DNA from: a virus
Lineage: Duplodnaviria > Heunggongvirae > Uroviricota > Caudoviricetes
Length of the DNA: 64,000 bases
Reading direction: 5' to 3' (one strand)
IMG/VR virus record: IMGVR_UViG_3300042975_000097
The translations under genes and the position numbers were made by a program. The notes below the pieces were generated by a model. The model was given only the letters and a program-made list of their open reading frames with translations. It did not search any database and was not told the origin of the DNA. Shown here in pieces: positions 19,444 to 29,441 of the stretch. Each line of letters opens with the position of its first letter. Position 1 is the first letter of the stretch.

Positions 19444-22353
19444 ATGACCATGAAATACATCAGCGTGTTCAGCGGGATCGAAGCGGCCACGGCCGCATGG
19501 TCGCCGCTGGGATGGAAACCGCTCGCGTTCAGCGAGATCGAACCGTTCCCGAAGGCGGTGCTCGCCGCCCATCACCCGGACGTCCCCGACCTTGGGGACA
19601 TCACGAAGGTCGACTGGTCCCCGTACGCGGGCAAGGCCGACGTGCTCGTCGGCGGCAGCCCATGCTTCCCGGCGGGCACGCTGGTGCTCGCCGCGGACCG
19701 GTTGACGCCCATCGAGGACATCCGGGTCGGCGACATGGTGCTCACGCATCGCAACCGTTGGCGTCGTGTGACGGCGGTCGGCTCCAAGACGTCGGCGACG
19801 ATCACGGTCGCCAGCGATGGCGTTACCGTGGAGTGCACACCTAACCACCCGTTCTACGCCGAGTCCGATGAAGGCGCCGACTCTCCCCGCGAGTGGGTGC
19901 GCGCGGACGCGATGGCCGGCCGTCGCTGGCTCACCGTGAACGCGCTGGCGGACCCGCTGCCCACGCCGGCCATGGTGAGCGCCGATGGCGAGGCTGGTCG
20001 AACGTTCGAGGTCGTGGGCCGGGCGCTAGCGAGCGGCGGCGACGCGGACGTGTATCATCGCGGCTGGGCCTGGCTGTTCATCCGCGCCGACGGGCCGACG
20101 GTGCCCGCGTGGGTGTTCGCCGCTCGCGTGGAGTGGCGCGCAGCGCTGAGCCGCGGGTATCATGCGGTCGCCAGCGGTTCGCCGACCCCTGCGGTCGTGG
20201 CGGCCATGCGCATCATCGACGCCGGTCTTCACGGGAACGACGCGGATGGTGATTGGGGAAGCGTGCGATCGTTGTCACGTTCGCGCGATCATGTCAAAGT
20301 ATATAACCTGGAGGTAGAGGATGACCATAGTTACACAGCGGACGCTATCGCAGTTCACAACTGCCAGTCGTTCAGCATCGCCGGAACAAGGGCAGGGCTC
20401 AACGGGGCCAGCGGGCTCATGTGGGAGTATGTCCGGGCGGTTCGAGAACTCCGTCCTCGTTGGTTCCTCTGGGAAAATGTCCCGGGGGCGCTCTCCAGCG
20501 CGCATGGGGAGGATTTCAGATGTCTCCTCACGAGCATGGATGAGCTCGGGTATGGTCTCTCATGGCGAGTACTGGACGCGCAGTTCTTCGGAGTGGCCCA
20601 GCGACGCCGTCGCGTGTTCCTTGTCGGACATCTTGGAGACGAACGCTCCGGCGAAGTATTATTTGAGCCCGAGAGCCTGCGATGGGATACTCCGTCGAGC
20701 AGAGAAAAGAGGGAAGGCCTTACCCGAGGAACTCAGAACGGCGTTGGAGAAGCAAGCGAACCCCGACTGAACCACCATACATGGGAGATCGCCGGGAACA
20801 TCATCGGCAGGCAGGAGAAGAACGGCGGCCATCAATTAGGCATCGTCGACCCCGATAAGACCGGCGCGTTCACGCTCACGACCGCCGACAGGCACGCGAT
20901 CGCTGATTGCCTGACTCCATGGGACAATCAGGGACGCCGACTGTACCGCCCGGATGGCGTATACCCGGCATTGGATGCGAGGACCGGCAACGCGGGCGGC
21001 GACGCGCGGGCGGTGATGACGAACTACGGAAGCGACATCGCCGGCACGCTCACGCGCCGTTACGATTCATCGCCGTGCGCGGACCGCGGGCAGAACATCG
21101 TGCTCGCAGCCGGTTTCAGCGCCGGCCAATCGCAATTTGCCGGCTCGATAGGGTACGAGCACGAGATGACGCCGACGCTCAGGGCGAGCGGATCGGGAAC
21201 GAATCAAGTGCCGACGGTACTGGTGAAGACCGATGACCCGAAGCGCGATCAGCCGACGATCGCGTTCGCCGCTAACCAGCGTGATGAGGTGCGCGACCTT
21301 CATGACCTTGCGGGAACACTCGCCGCCCAGCCGGGAATCAAGGGGCAGACGTACGTTATTCCCGAGAACGCCGCCGACCCGGTGCGCGATCGAGAGGTCG
21401 AGATGCGTAACCTTCATGACCCGGCCGCCGCGATCGCCGCCGAATCAGAGGAATCCACCATCATGTGCCGCGCGGGCGGTCAGGTGAACAGCGAGACCGA
21501 CCGTGACCTGTCGCCAACGCTCACCACGCATGACGCCAAGGACCCGCATATCATATACCCCGAGCGTACCGGCGCATGCTCCGTGCTCCGTATGCGCGCG
21601 GGGTGCGCGGGCGTCGGCAAGGATGCCCTGATTCAGAACGACGCCAGCGGCACGCTCGCGTTGAACAACGATCAGACGCTGTTCCCTCCGCACGGCGGCA
21701 TCCGTCGACTCACGCCGATGGAGTGCGAGCGGCTCCAAGGATTCCCTACGAGAGTGAAGCTTGACGTTTCGGCAATGACCGAGGCCGACATCGCCGCGAA
21801 TCTGCTCGCCGGCGGCGTCATCGCCATCGACCTTGACGATGACGCCGTCCACGCGCATACGGCCGATGGCGATCAGGTGGTCACGACCCCGTTCGTGGAC
21901 GCTATCATGGACGGCGCGCATCACCGCATCCGCACGGACAGGCTCGCTTACCAGTTCGCTTTCGGCGCCATCCCCGATGGCATGGTCATCGTCCATGACG
22001 ATCATGACGAGTCGAACAATCACCCCGACAACTTGTCGCTGGCGCCCGTGGACGATGCGCCCGCGACCGATGACGGGTCGGCCGTCGATGCGCCGACGGT
22101 GACGATGCCGGTCTCGTTCACGCATGATTACATGTCATCATGGTCGACGTACCGTGATCTGGCCGCGTGGTACGGCATCGATGGCGAGCGTATCGACTCC
22201 ATCGTCAGCGAGCGCGGCTGGACGGACATCCCGTGGCATGGCAAGGATCACGCGGCCGACGCGCCGAGGTACCGCGCGCTGGGCAACTCCATGTGCGTTC
22301 AGGTGATGCGCTGGCTTGGCGAGCGCATCGCCCGCGCCGATGCCATGGACTGA
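19444..22353 (+). CDS. Dcm-type DNA cytosine-C5 methyltransferase precursor with an intein in motif IV and an HNH-like insertion between motifs IX and X
   Basis: Extein motifs: I VFSGIEAA; IV GGSP|intein|CQSFS; VI WENVPG; VIII QRRRVFLVG; IX RRLTPMECERLQGFP; X YRALGNSMCV. HNH-like VHDDHDESNNHPDNL at roughly 21960-22040. Leaderless-type promoter TTGATATAATGCCCGT-ATG. Confidence 0.8.
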   Translation: MTMKYISVFSGIEAATAAWSPLGWKPLAFSEIEPFPKAVLAAHHPDVPDLGDITKVDWSPYAGKADVLVGGSPCFPAGTLVLAADRLTPIEDIRVGDMVLTHRNRWRRVTAVGSKTSATITVASDGVTVECTPNHPFYAESDEGADSPREWVRADAMAGRRWLTVNALADPLPTPAMVSADGEAGRTFEVVGRALASGGDADVYHRGWAWLFIRADGPTVPAWVFAARVEWRAALSRGYHAVASGSPTPAVVAAMRIIDAGLHGNDADGDWGSVRSLSRSRDHVKVYNLEVEDDHSYTADAIAVHNCQSFSIAGTRAGLNGASGLMWEYVRAVRELRPRWFLWENVPGALSSAHGEDFRCLLTSMDELGYGLSWRVLDAQFFGVAQRRRRVFLVGHLGDERSGEVLFEPESLRWDTPSSREKREGLTRGTQNGVGEASEPRLNHHTWEIAGNIIGRQEKNGGHQLGIVDPDKTGAFTLTTADRHAIADCLTPWDNQGRRLYRPDGVYPALDARTGNAGGDARAVMTNYGSDIAGTLTRRYDSSPCADRGQNIVLAAGFSAGQSQFAGSIGYEHEMTPTLRASGSGTNQVPTVLVKTDDPKRDQPTIAFAANQRDEVRDLHDLAGTLAAQPGIKGQTYVIPENAADPVRDREVEMRNLHDPAAAIAAESEESTIMCRAGGQVNSETDRDLSPTLTTHDAKDPHIIYPERTGACSVLRMRAGCAGVGKDALIQNDASGTLALNNDQTLFPPHGGIRRLTPMECERLQGFPTRVKLDVSAMTEADIAANLLAGGVIAIDLDDDAVHAHTADGDQVVTTPFVDAIMDGAHHRIRTDRLAYQFAFGAIPDGMVIVHDDHDESNNHPDNLSLAPVDDAPATDDGSAVDAPTVTMPVSFTHDYMSSWSTYRDLAAWYGIDGERIDSIVSERGWTDIPWHGKDHAADAPRYRALGNSMCVQVMRWLGERIARADAMD
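19663..20361 (+). other. intein (233 aa, Hint domain, no obvious LAGLIDADG motif)
   Basis: Starts CFPAGTLVLAADRL (block A) directly after GGSP. Ends VYNLEVEDDHSYTADAIAVHN followed by C of CQSFS (blocks F/G, HN + Cys). Confidence 0.7.
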
Positions 22354-22375
22354 CCAGTAGGTGCACGCCCGGCAT

Positions 22376-22440
22376 GACAACGACGAAGCGCCGTGAGCAC
22401 GACTCGAAATCGTGTTCACGGCGCTTCGTCGTTGTCATCG
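22376..22440. terminator. long near-perfect palindrome (25-bp stem, 11-nt loop) between convergent genes
   Basis: GACAACGACGAAGCGCCGTGAGCAC-gactcgaaatc-GTGTTCACGGCGCTTCGTCGTTGTC, one mismatch. Generates the mirrored artefact ORFs 22205-22438 and 22167-22544. Confidence 0.5.
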
Positions 22441-22492
22441 CTGGCCTTCGCCGGCATCCTTGCTCATGCGCGCGTCGGCAGTGTCCGCAGCG

Positions 22493-22831
22493 TTATCGTC
22501 CACCGTCGAGCGCGCTGACGTCGATGCCGGCGTCAGCGAAATGACGGCGGATGATGGCGTCGAGCGGACCGCCGTCCGGGATCATGCCGACGGGTTCGCC
22601 TAGACCATCGGCCTCCACGGGGATGACGGACCAGCCCTCGCGCTGGTTCGCGTATCGTCTGATGGCCATCTTCGTCCGCAGCGGCGATCGGACCACGATC
22701 GTGTACACCGTCGGCAGTCCGGCTGCGTTCTCCGCGGTCGGCTCGCTCATCGGCCTGACGTCGAACAGCACGGTCTCGTCGATCGTCATGGAATGGTTAC
22801 TTGTATGCTTCTCGTTGTTCTTGTTCATGTG
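22493..22831 (-). CDS. hypothetical small protein
   Basis: MNKNNEKHTSNHSMTIDETVLFDVRP.... No RBS evident, start uncertain. Confidence 0.3.
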   Translation of the reverse strand, partial: HMNKNNEKHTSNHSMTIDETVLFDVRPMSEPTAENAAGLPTVYTIVVRSPLRTKMAIRRYANQREGWSVIPVEADGLGEPVGMIPDGGPLDAIIRRHFADAGIDVSALDGGR

Positions 22832-23195
22832 GCCTACGATAGCATCGATCGGTTCGCGACACGCCGGCGAGCGCGGATTGGTCACACGCTCGGCATCATG
22901 GCCAGCAGGGCGCTGACCCCATTGGAATCGTCGGCTCCGAAGCGGCGTTCCAGCCATCCATCCATGGTCGTGCTGAAATTCAACGCGGCATCGAGCGCCC
23001 ACACCGCCGTCCTCGTCAACGGGTCGTTCGCGTCGATGCGGTCGCCGCACGCCATTGATTCGCATACGACCCGGATGCCGGCGGCGGCGTCAAGTGGTCG
23101 CCGGCACCGGGAACGCGATGGGCGGCCGACCCCGTTATGGAGTCCGACCGCCCATCATCTGATCTTACCGACCGGGCATCACCCGATCACGCCGT

Positions 23196-24431
23196 TCAGT
23201 ATTCCATGTCACCGTAGTCGGCGGCGGCGGCATCATACGATTCATAACCGGCCGCTTTGACGACGCTCGGGGATACCAGCTGCCCGTTGGCGCACCGTTC
23301 GGCGACGTCATCCGTGAAAGCGGCCCATGACGCCTTGTCGCGATGCGCCCGCGCCCATGCAAGCACCAGATTCGCATCGGTATCGTAATTAAGTTTACGG
23401 ATGTAGGCGACGTTATCGCCGTGGCTGGTGAGTTTGCCGGCGAGCGCGTGCTTCTGCTCGTCTGTCAGCTTCACCGACCGGTCGATCATATCGACGTAAT
23501 CCTTCGCCTTCACGCCTTCTGGTCGTTCGCGGGCGGCTGCCGACCTCGCGTACAGATGTAGCCGATCATTGGCGAACCATACCCCCGAACCGTAGGCATT
23601 GGTCATGTCGCGAACCGTCCAGTGGACCTTCCTGAGCGCGTACCGTGTGATGGCCTCACGTTTCGGGTTTTTCGTCCCGCCGTATGCCGGTGTGTAGCCG
23701 GCGATGCGGCTGAGCGACAGCCGGTGCTGGTTGTCCTTCCCGGTCCTGTCGATGATGCGCTGGGAGAGTGCTATCGACGAGCCGTGATCGCCGTCGTCAT
23801 ACCCTGCCGACCGGACGTGCGCGCGTTCCACCGAGTTGACGGGCTTGTCGGCATCGTAGTCGATGAGGTCGTTCGCCAGTTCCGGGGTGATATCGTGGCG
23901 TTCGGCGAGCCGAGCGGCGAACTTGTATCCAAGCCAACGACGGCCATGCTGCCCGCGCACCATGTCCATGGCATCCTCGTCACCCGATGGACCATCGATG
24001 TCGATGCCGTCGGCGAGTATTTCCAACGCCTCGTCATGACGGGAGGCCAGTTCGTCCTTCCTGTATTCTTTCTCCGTGCTTGTGATGCTGACCGCGTTGA
24101 ACGCGGCGTACAGGGACTCGTTATCGTAATCGCCGGACTTCACGAGGTCGCGCAGGTCGCTGATGGCGGCATCCGCCTCGGTTATCTCGGCGTCGACCAC
24201 GGCGCGCCAGCGTTCGGCCTCGGCGTCCTCACGACGCTGCTTCGCTCCCTTGCGCATGACGCCGAGCTTGACGGCGTAGAGTTCGTTGTACGCCTCCATG
24301 TATGCCTGCGCCTGATCCTTGGTGTACTCCTTATGCTCCGTGTGGTACGGGCATTTCGACTTGTCCTTCGCGCGGCACTGGCTGATGGACTTGTCCGCCT
24401 TCACCCCGTATGTGATCTTCTGCTCGGTCAT
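23196..24431 (-). CDS. hypothetical protein with N-terminal Cys/His motif (CRAKDKSKCPYHTEH)
   Basis: RBS AGGAGG 6 nt before ATG (MTEQKITYG...); 411 aa. Confidence 0.5.
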   Translation of the reverse strand: MTEQKITYGVKADKSISQCRAKDKSKCPYHTEHKEYTKDQAQAYMEAYNELYAVKLGVMRKGAKQRREDAEAERWRAVVDAEITEADAAISDLRDLVKSGDYDNESLYAAFNAVSITSTEKEYRKDELASRHDEALEILADGIDIDGPSGDEDAMDMVRGQHGRRWLGYKFAARLAERHDITPELANDLIDYDADKPVNSVERAHVRSAGYDDGDHGSSIALSQRIIDRTGKDNQHRLSLSRIAGYTPAYGGTKNPKREAITRYALRKVHWTVRDMTNAYGSGVWFANDRLHLYARSAAARERPEGVKAKDYVDMIDRSVKLTDEQKHALAGKLTSHGDNVAYIRKLNYDTDANLVLAWARAHRDKASWAAFTDDVAERCANGQLVSPSVVKAAGYESYDAAAADYGDMEY

Positions 24432-24649
24432 CGCTTCCCTCCTGCTATGTATTTCCAATCATCGGTAGCCATCGTTCGCTATCACCGGTTCATCTAACGG
24501 TAGGGCGTGGCGAGGACATGGAGAACAAGTGTCTGGAGCCGACTGTCCATGCCTTCAGCATCGTCGCCCGCATGGGCTTCGCGGGTTTCCGATCGCGTGC
24601 GGCTTCTCATCGTCATCGCGGAATACGAGAAACTAATCGTCGGCAGCAT

Positions 24650-25897
24650 TCATCGACTCCGCACCCCGAGGTCGGCCAGCAGCCCCAAGCCCTCATCGGC
24701 ATTCCCGTCGATCACCTCGTCCGCCAGCGAGGACAGCAGCGATTCCAGATCGGCGTTCAGAGCGGCAAGCATCGTCAACGTCTCGCCGACATGACCGTCC
24801 CCGGCGGCGCTGTCAGCGGTCAGCGACGCGCGGCGGATGCGGGCGTTGGCGATGCGCAGCCCCATGATGTCGAAGCCGGCGAACGCCGACGTGAGACCGC
24901 GGCGGACGATGGCGGCGGCATCGATGTAGGGCCAGCCGAACAACCCGTCATGGAGAGCGGGGTCGCCGGCGCCGACGGCGCTCAGGGGAAGAGCGAACGT
25001 GTAGGTATACCCGGAGCCATCGGAGTCGCAGAGCGATGATGGTAGCGAGCAGAGTCGTCGGCGGATGACCGGCGCGCCATCATCGCCATCGGCATCGATC
25101 ATGGCCGCGGCGCCGAGAACCTGCATGAACATGTCGTCATGATGACGATCGGCAAGCGAACGACCGTACTGGACGCCGAGCGAGCGCAGCGCGGACATCG
25201 CGTGCGCGTGGTCGGCGGCGAACCCGCCTGCGGCGGCCTTCGCCCGGCGTGACTGCTCCGCCAGCGCGACGGCCTGCTCGGGCGTTCCCAGCCGGCCATC
25301 GTCGGCGGGCGCGTACTTGGCGCGCATCCGTCTCATGGCGCGGTGACGGGTGGCGGCGCGCATCGCCGGTATGGTGGTCGCCCATTCGGCGTCGGTCGGC
25401 AAAGTCATCGGTCCGCCGATGATCGGCCGGCTTTTCGACATGGTGGCTGATACCGCGATGTCCAGCGCCTTCATCAGGGTCTTCGTGACGGTCGCGCCGA
25501 TGCTCTTGCTGTCGCAGCCATCGAACATGGTCTTGACTGCGGCGTCGACGAAGAATTTGGGAACGTCGAATCCAGTCGGCGGATCATCGTTTCCGTACGG
25601 CGAGATCACGTCCGGCCATGAGCCGTCCGCGGTTCCCGGCGTTGTCAATGCGAGCAGGTATGGCCGGTGATGATCGTGTCTTGTCGCCAACCCGTAAGCG
25701 ATCAGCATGGGATCGGATCCCAGCCGCTCGGCAGCGGTCATCTCGTTGATGTTCTGAACATAGAACTTCACTGCCGCTGCGTGGGCGGCCGTTGACAGTT
25801 CCGTCCTCCTCTTTTTGATCTCGTCGTTCAATCGCTTCGCCGACGCGATCATGGACGGCAGGTCCTGCTCTTCATGGTTTTCCTGTTGTATTGTCAT
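24650..25897 (-). CDS. hypothetical protein P1 (paralog of 31832-33244)
   Basis: 415 aa. Shares DRHHDDMFMQVLGAAA...TYTF with P2 (DRYHDDMFVQFLGASA...TYSF). Confidence 0.5.
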   Translation of the reverse strand: MTIQQENHEEQDLPSMIASAKRLNDEIKKRRTELSTAAHAAAVKFYVQNINEMTAAERLGSDPMLIAYGLATRHDHHRPYLLALTTPGTADGSWPDVISPYGNDDPPTGFDVPKFFVDAAVKTMFDGCDSKSIGATVTKTLMKALDIAVSATMSKSRPIIGGPMTLPTDAEWATTIPAMRAATRHRAMRRMRAKYAPADDGRLGTPEQAVALAEQSRRAKAAAGGFAADHAHAMSALRSLGVQYGRSLADRHHDDMFMQVLGAAAMIDADGDDGAPVIRRRLCSLPSSLCDSDGSGYTYTFALPLSAVGAGDPALHDGLFGWPYIDAAAIVRRGLTSAFAGFDIMGLRIANARIRRASLTADSAAGDGHVGETLTMLAALNADLESLLSSLADEVIDGNADEGLGLLADLGVRSR

Positions 25898-26815
25898 GTC
25901 CCCAGTGGTATCACGGCATCGCCGGCGAAACGCCGTTGCGCGCGCATAACATCCATCACGCGATGCCCCAGTGGTCGCGGTACTCCTTGTCGAACTCGGA
26001 GATGGCCTTCAGCGCGGACTGGTCGCCGGGGGTGGGCGCCGCGGTCGATGAGCGCGTTCGCCTTCCCCACGAGTTCATGGAATCTGGCGGCGACGTACTC
26101 GTCGGTCCGTATGCCGCCGTCGCTGGAGAACACGGTCGGCTCGTCGGCGAGCGCGGCCGCGCACTCGCCGAACTTCGCCGACGCGCGGTTCTCCGGCGCG
26201 AGTTCGTCAAGACCGGCGTGCTCGTCCGCGTACCGGGTGAGCGCGGACTCGATGTCGGAGCCCATGCGGGCTCTCTCCATGATGGTGAGCGGGCGGTCGA
26301 ACCCGTAATCGCCGAGCACCACCTCCGCCGCGCGGGATGATTCCGGGGTGGACAGCATGACCTGGGTAGGCCTCCACGAGCCTGATCGGGTTCACCGGCT
26401 CGTCATCGCCCGCGCCGTCGGCGACCCACTCGCTCAGCCTGAACGCGGCGTCATCCGGTGCGATGTTGGCGAACACGGCGACGTCGCGGACCCACCGGAC
26501 CACGGCCGCCGCCGCCTCCTCGGCGCTCGACGCCGATTCCAGGCCACCGGGCACCGGCGTCGCCGTGAGTGAGAACCCGTCCTCGATGGACCGGGCGATT
26601 CCCTCGGCGCCGGGGTCGGGGTGCGCGCGCATGTACTCCGCGAACTCGTCCACACGGGCCATGGCGACCAGCCGGGCCACGCCCTTGGCGGCCGTCAGCG
26701 CGGCCGCGCCGTCGGCGTCGTCATCCTTCGCGCCATTGGCGGCGAGCACGTAGCGCACGCTCGCGTCATACCAGTCCCTCAACTCGTCCTCGCTCATCGC
26801 CCGGCCCCCTGACGT
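25894..26815 (-). pseudogene. hypothetical protein gene with apparent frameshift near 26340-26400
   Basis: N-terminal part (MSEDELRDWYD...) is in the frame of ORF 26207-27016. Protein-like continuation (LSTPESSRAAEVVLGDYGFDRP...) is in the frame of ORF 25894-26358. The stop sits 3 nt from the next gene start. Confidence 0.3.
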
Positions 26816-26923
26816 GCCCATACCTGATGATCTCATCATGAGTATACCGTGCGCGGTTGCGTGACGTCGCCGCGGCGTGCTATCATGGGCATCGAACGCC
26901 ATGCTCGGCAGGAGGCAATCACT

Positions 26924-27163
26924 ATGAAGACCATCATCGTGCCAGTGGAGTCGATGCTCGCACCGACCCCCGTCTACTCGTTCCCATCGGCATACGGTTC
27001 CATCGACGTGTATCACGCCAAGGCCAGCGGTTTCGCCGTCATCGCCCGCAGGGCCGACTCGGCCGCGGATGCCATGGGCGAGTTGCTCAGGTCATTCGCC
27101 GGCGACGAGGACGCTGTTGATTACGCGCAGGACATGGCGGTGATGCTCGGAGCGCTGGCATGA
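26924..27163 (+). CDS. small hypothetical protein (79 aa)
   Basis: RBS AGGAGG before ATG (MKTIIVPVESMLAP...). Stop overlaps the next ATG (ATGA). Confidence 0.4.
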   Translation: MKTIIVPVESMLAPTPVYSFPSAYGSIDVYHAKASGFAVIARRADSAADAMGELLRSFAGDEDAVDYAQDMAVMLGALA

Positions 27164-27430
27164 GCGGGGTCTCGCGGGCGACGGACGGCGGCGCGGACGC
27201 GAACGCCGGACCGGTGGATGATGATGACAGGGAACTCGAGGCGGCGCTGCGCGGCGTCATCGAGGAGCGGCTTGCCGGCCTGGGCGACGCGGAGCGGAAC
27301 GACGCGATGCTGGCGGCGCTGGCGGCCGCCGCCGACGGTGGTGCGGTCGATGGACCACGCTGGCATCGTCGACGTGGCCAGCGTGGTCGCCGAGGCCTGC
27401 GAGGCGCGCGCGTCATGAGGGAGGTCGGGA

Positions 27431-28414
27431 TTGACTTTTTACAAACCAGAGTATGGGTGGGTTCGCTGGAAGTGGCCGAGCCGATGGTCCGCGGCGCGGA
27501 TGTTCTCCGGATGGATCGCTGCGGCCGGCGTTACCGGCATCGTCATCCGCAGCGAGAACGATCCGTTCGCCGCACCGTTCGATGGCGTAGATCGTATGTG
27601 GCCGGCTACTTATGATCAGAAAAGTGCTTCGGATAGGAGAGCGAAGAGCATCAACGCCGAACTGTCGAACACCATGATCCGCGTGACCGCAAACAAGTAT
27701 GTCACTTCGATGGTGATAACCGGCCAGTATGTGTTCTCCGACCCCATATGTTATCATAGAGAGCAGCCACGCATCCGCATAGGCGATGACGAGTACCGGT
27801 ATGCTGCGGTTGCGCTGTCGAGGCACATGGTCATCGATCAATGCGATGACATGCCCGGAAACGATGTGCTTACGACCCGTGACCGTGAAACGTTGATGCG
27901 TGGCCTGATCGGCATGATCAGTATGTCTCCGCGGAAACGAAAGCAGTTCGCGAGCATCATCACGCATGTGTCGTTGACGACCGACCCGGCGTCGTTCCTC
28001 ACGGGCAGCGAGGACGGGACGGTAACGCCTTCGAACAATCGCGATCGCCGGCGGGCGGCGACATTCATCGACCATATGAGGAAGACCCGGGATGGACTCC
28101 GGCCGATCATGCCGGGCGCCATCATGGAACTGGCCGACCGGTATGTCGGCATGGCCGATGAGTCGGCCGAACTGATTCCGACCGCCATCGACCGGTCGGC
28201 GATCGACACCATCGAGGACGCGATGCTATCACTCGATGCGCTCGCGTTCACGGCAAGGAGTACGAGACTCGCCGGCGAGGGCCGCCGGCTTGATGCCGCG
28301 CTCGCCGCAGCAATGCGCGACATCGAACTCATGGACGGCGAGCACGCGCGGCGCGGGCGCGAGGTCATCGACTCGGCGCTGGCGACAGAAAGGGAACGTG
28401 AGCATGTTCGGTAG
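27431..28414 (+). CDS. tandem paralog family, copy 1 (divergent N-terminus, TTG start after RBS GGGAGG)
   Basis: Shares ...GITSITIRSPFDPYER.../...GVTGIVIRSENDPF..., AELSN(I/T)M(F/I)R, and C-terminal RDIELM..EH..RGR.VIDSALAT.REREHVR with copies 2-4. Confidence 0.55.
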   Translation: MTFYKPEYGWVRWKWPSRWSAARMFSGWIAAAGVTGIVIRSENDPFAAPFDGVDRMWPATYDQKSASDRRAKSINAELSNTMIRVTANKYVTSMVITGQYVFSDPICYHREQPRIRIGDDEYRYAAVALSRHMVIDQCDDMPGNDVLTTRDRETLMRGLIGMISMSPRKRKQFASIITHVSLTTDPASFLTGSEDGTVTPSNNRDRRRAATFIDHMRKTRDGLRPIMPGAIMELADRYVGMADESAELIPTAIDRSAIDTIEDAMLSLDALAFTARSTRLAGEGRRLDAALAAAMRDIELMDGEHARRGREVIDSALATEREREHVR

Positions 28415-29441
28415 GAAGAAGAAAGTCGTTAAGAGCGAGCCTGACGTCGTGCGTCACAATAAGGCTTACCCGGTGATGACAGTGAACATCGATGAGATGA
28501 ATGCCGATGACGAGTCGTTCCGCAACTGGATTCACTCGGCTGGAATCACAAGCATCACCATTCGCAGCCCGTTCGACCCGTATGAGCGTAAGGACATGGG
28601 GCTGCCGGGGCAAGGCGATAACATCAGTCATGAAAGTTACGATATGATGTCGGCTGAGATTAACGCGGAGTTGTCGAACATCATGTTCCGGATCATTGGC
28701 TCCCGGTACCGCACCTCGATCCTAGTCAATAACGGCTACTGGGTCAGGGCTAACTACGTAAGTCCAAGTTTTCGTATCGATCATGACGAGTACATACTCC
28801 GGAGCATGGTACACGCAAAACCCGATAACAACAATGGCTTCGACTACTGGCTATCCCAGTGCGATGACGCGCCCGGCAATGATGCGCTCGACGTATTCGA
28901 GAGAACGGAACTCGGCAAGGCGATGACATGGTTCATGGAGGCCAGCCCTGAGGAGCGGAAAACATACGCGGACATCATCACATGGGTGGGACCGGACGTC
29001 AAACCGGTGGCGTTCCTCACCGGTAGTGGTAAGAACGTCGCGCCGGCAAGGCTGATCGAGCGCGCTGAGGATTACATGAGACATATCCATGCGAGCCGCG
29101 CCGGCATCCCCGAAGCAACGCCGGATGACATTGCGGACATCGCCGACGGTTACGTGGCGAACGCGGAGTCAGCGATGACGATGATGCGTGAACCGAAACC
29201 AGCCGGCAACGCGGACTGGAACGCCATCGTCGACGTCATCGACAAGGCCATGTCCGACATGGATGCGCTCGTGTTCGCCACGAGCACCATGACGATGGAG
29301 AACGAGAACAGACGTCTCAGGCTGGCGCTTGTCGACACGATCCGCGACATAGAACTCATGAGCAGCGAGCATGAGCAGCGTGGCCGCGCGGTCATCGACT
29401 CGGCGCTGGCGACAGGAGGGGAGCGCGAGCATGTTCGGTAG
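28404..29441 (+). CDS. tandem paralog family, copy 2 (intact; MFGRKKKVVKSEPDVVRH...)
   Basis: ATG lies inside ATGTTCGGTAG, which also holds the TAG stop of copy 1. 345 aa. Confidence 0.6.
   Translation: MFGRKKKVVKSEPDVVRHNKAYPVMTVNIDEMNADDESFRNWIHSAGITSITIRSPFDPYERKDMGLPGQGDNISHESYDMMSAEINAELSNIMFRIIGSRYRTSILVNNGYWVRANYVSPSFRIDHDEYILRSMVHAKPDNNNGFDYWLSQCDDAPGNDALDVFERTELGKAMTWFMEASPEERKTYADIITWVGPDVKPVAFLTGSGKNVAPARLIERAEDYMRHIHASRAGIPEATPDDIADIADGYVANAESAMTMMREPKPAGNADWNAIVDVIDKAMSDMDALVFATSTMTMENENRRLRLALVDTIRDIELMSSEHEQRGRAVIDSALATGGEREHVR

Noticed and set aside
22167-22544. ORFs 22167-22544 (+) and 22205-22438 (-) both containing TTKRREHD..SCSRRFVVV
   Set aside because: Mirror-image artefacts of the 25-bp-stem palindrome at 22376-22440.
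27160-27615. 151-aa ORF spanning the start of paralog copy 1
   Set aside because: Its 3' half runs out of frame across copy 1. Only a short 5' part (27160-27418) could be a small coupled gene, at low confidence.
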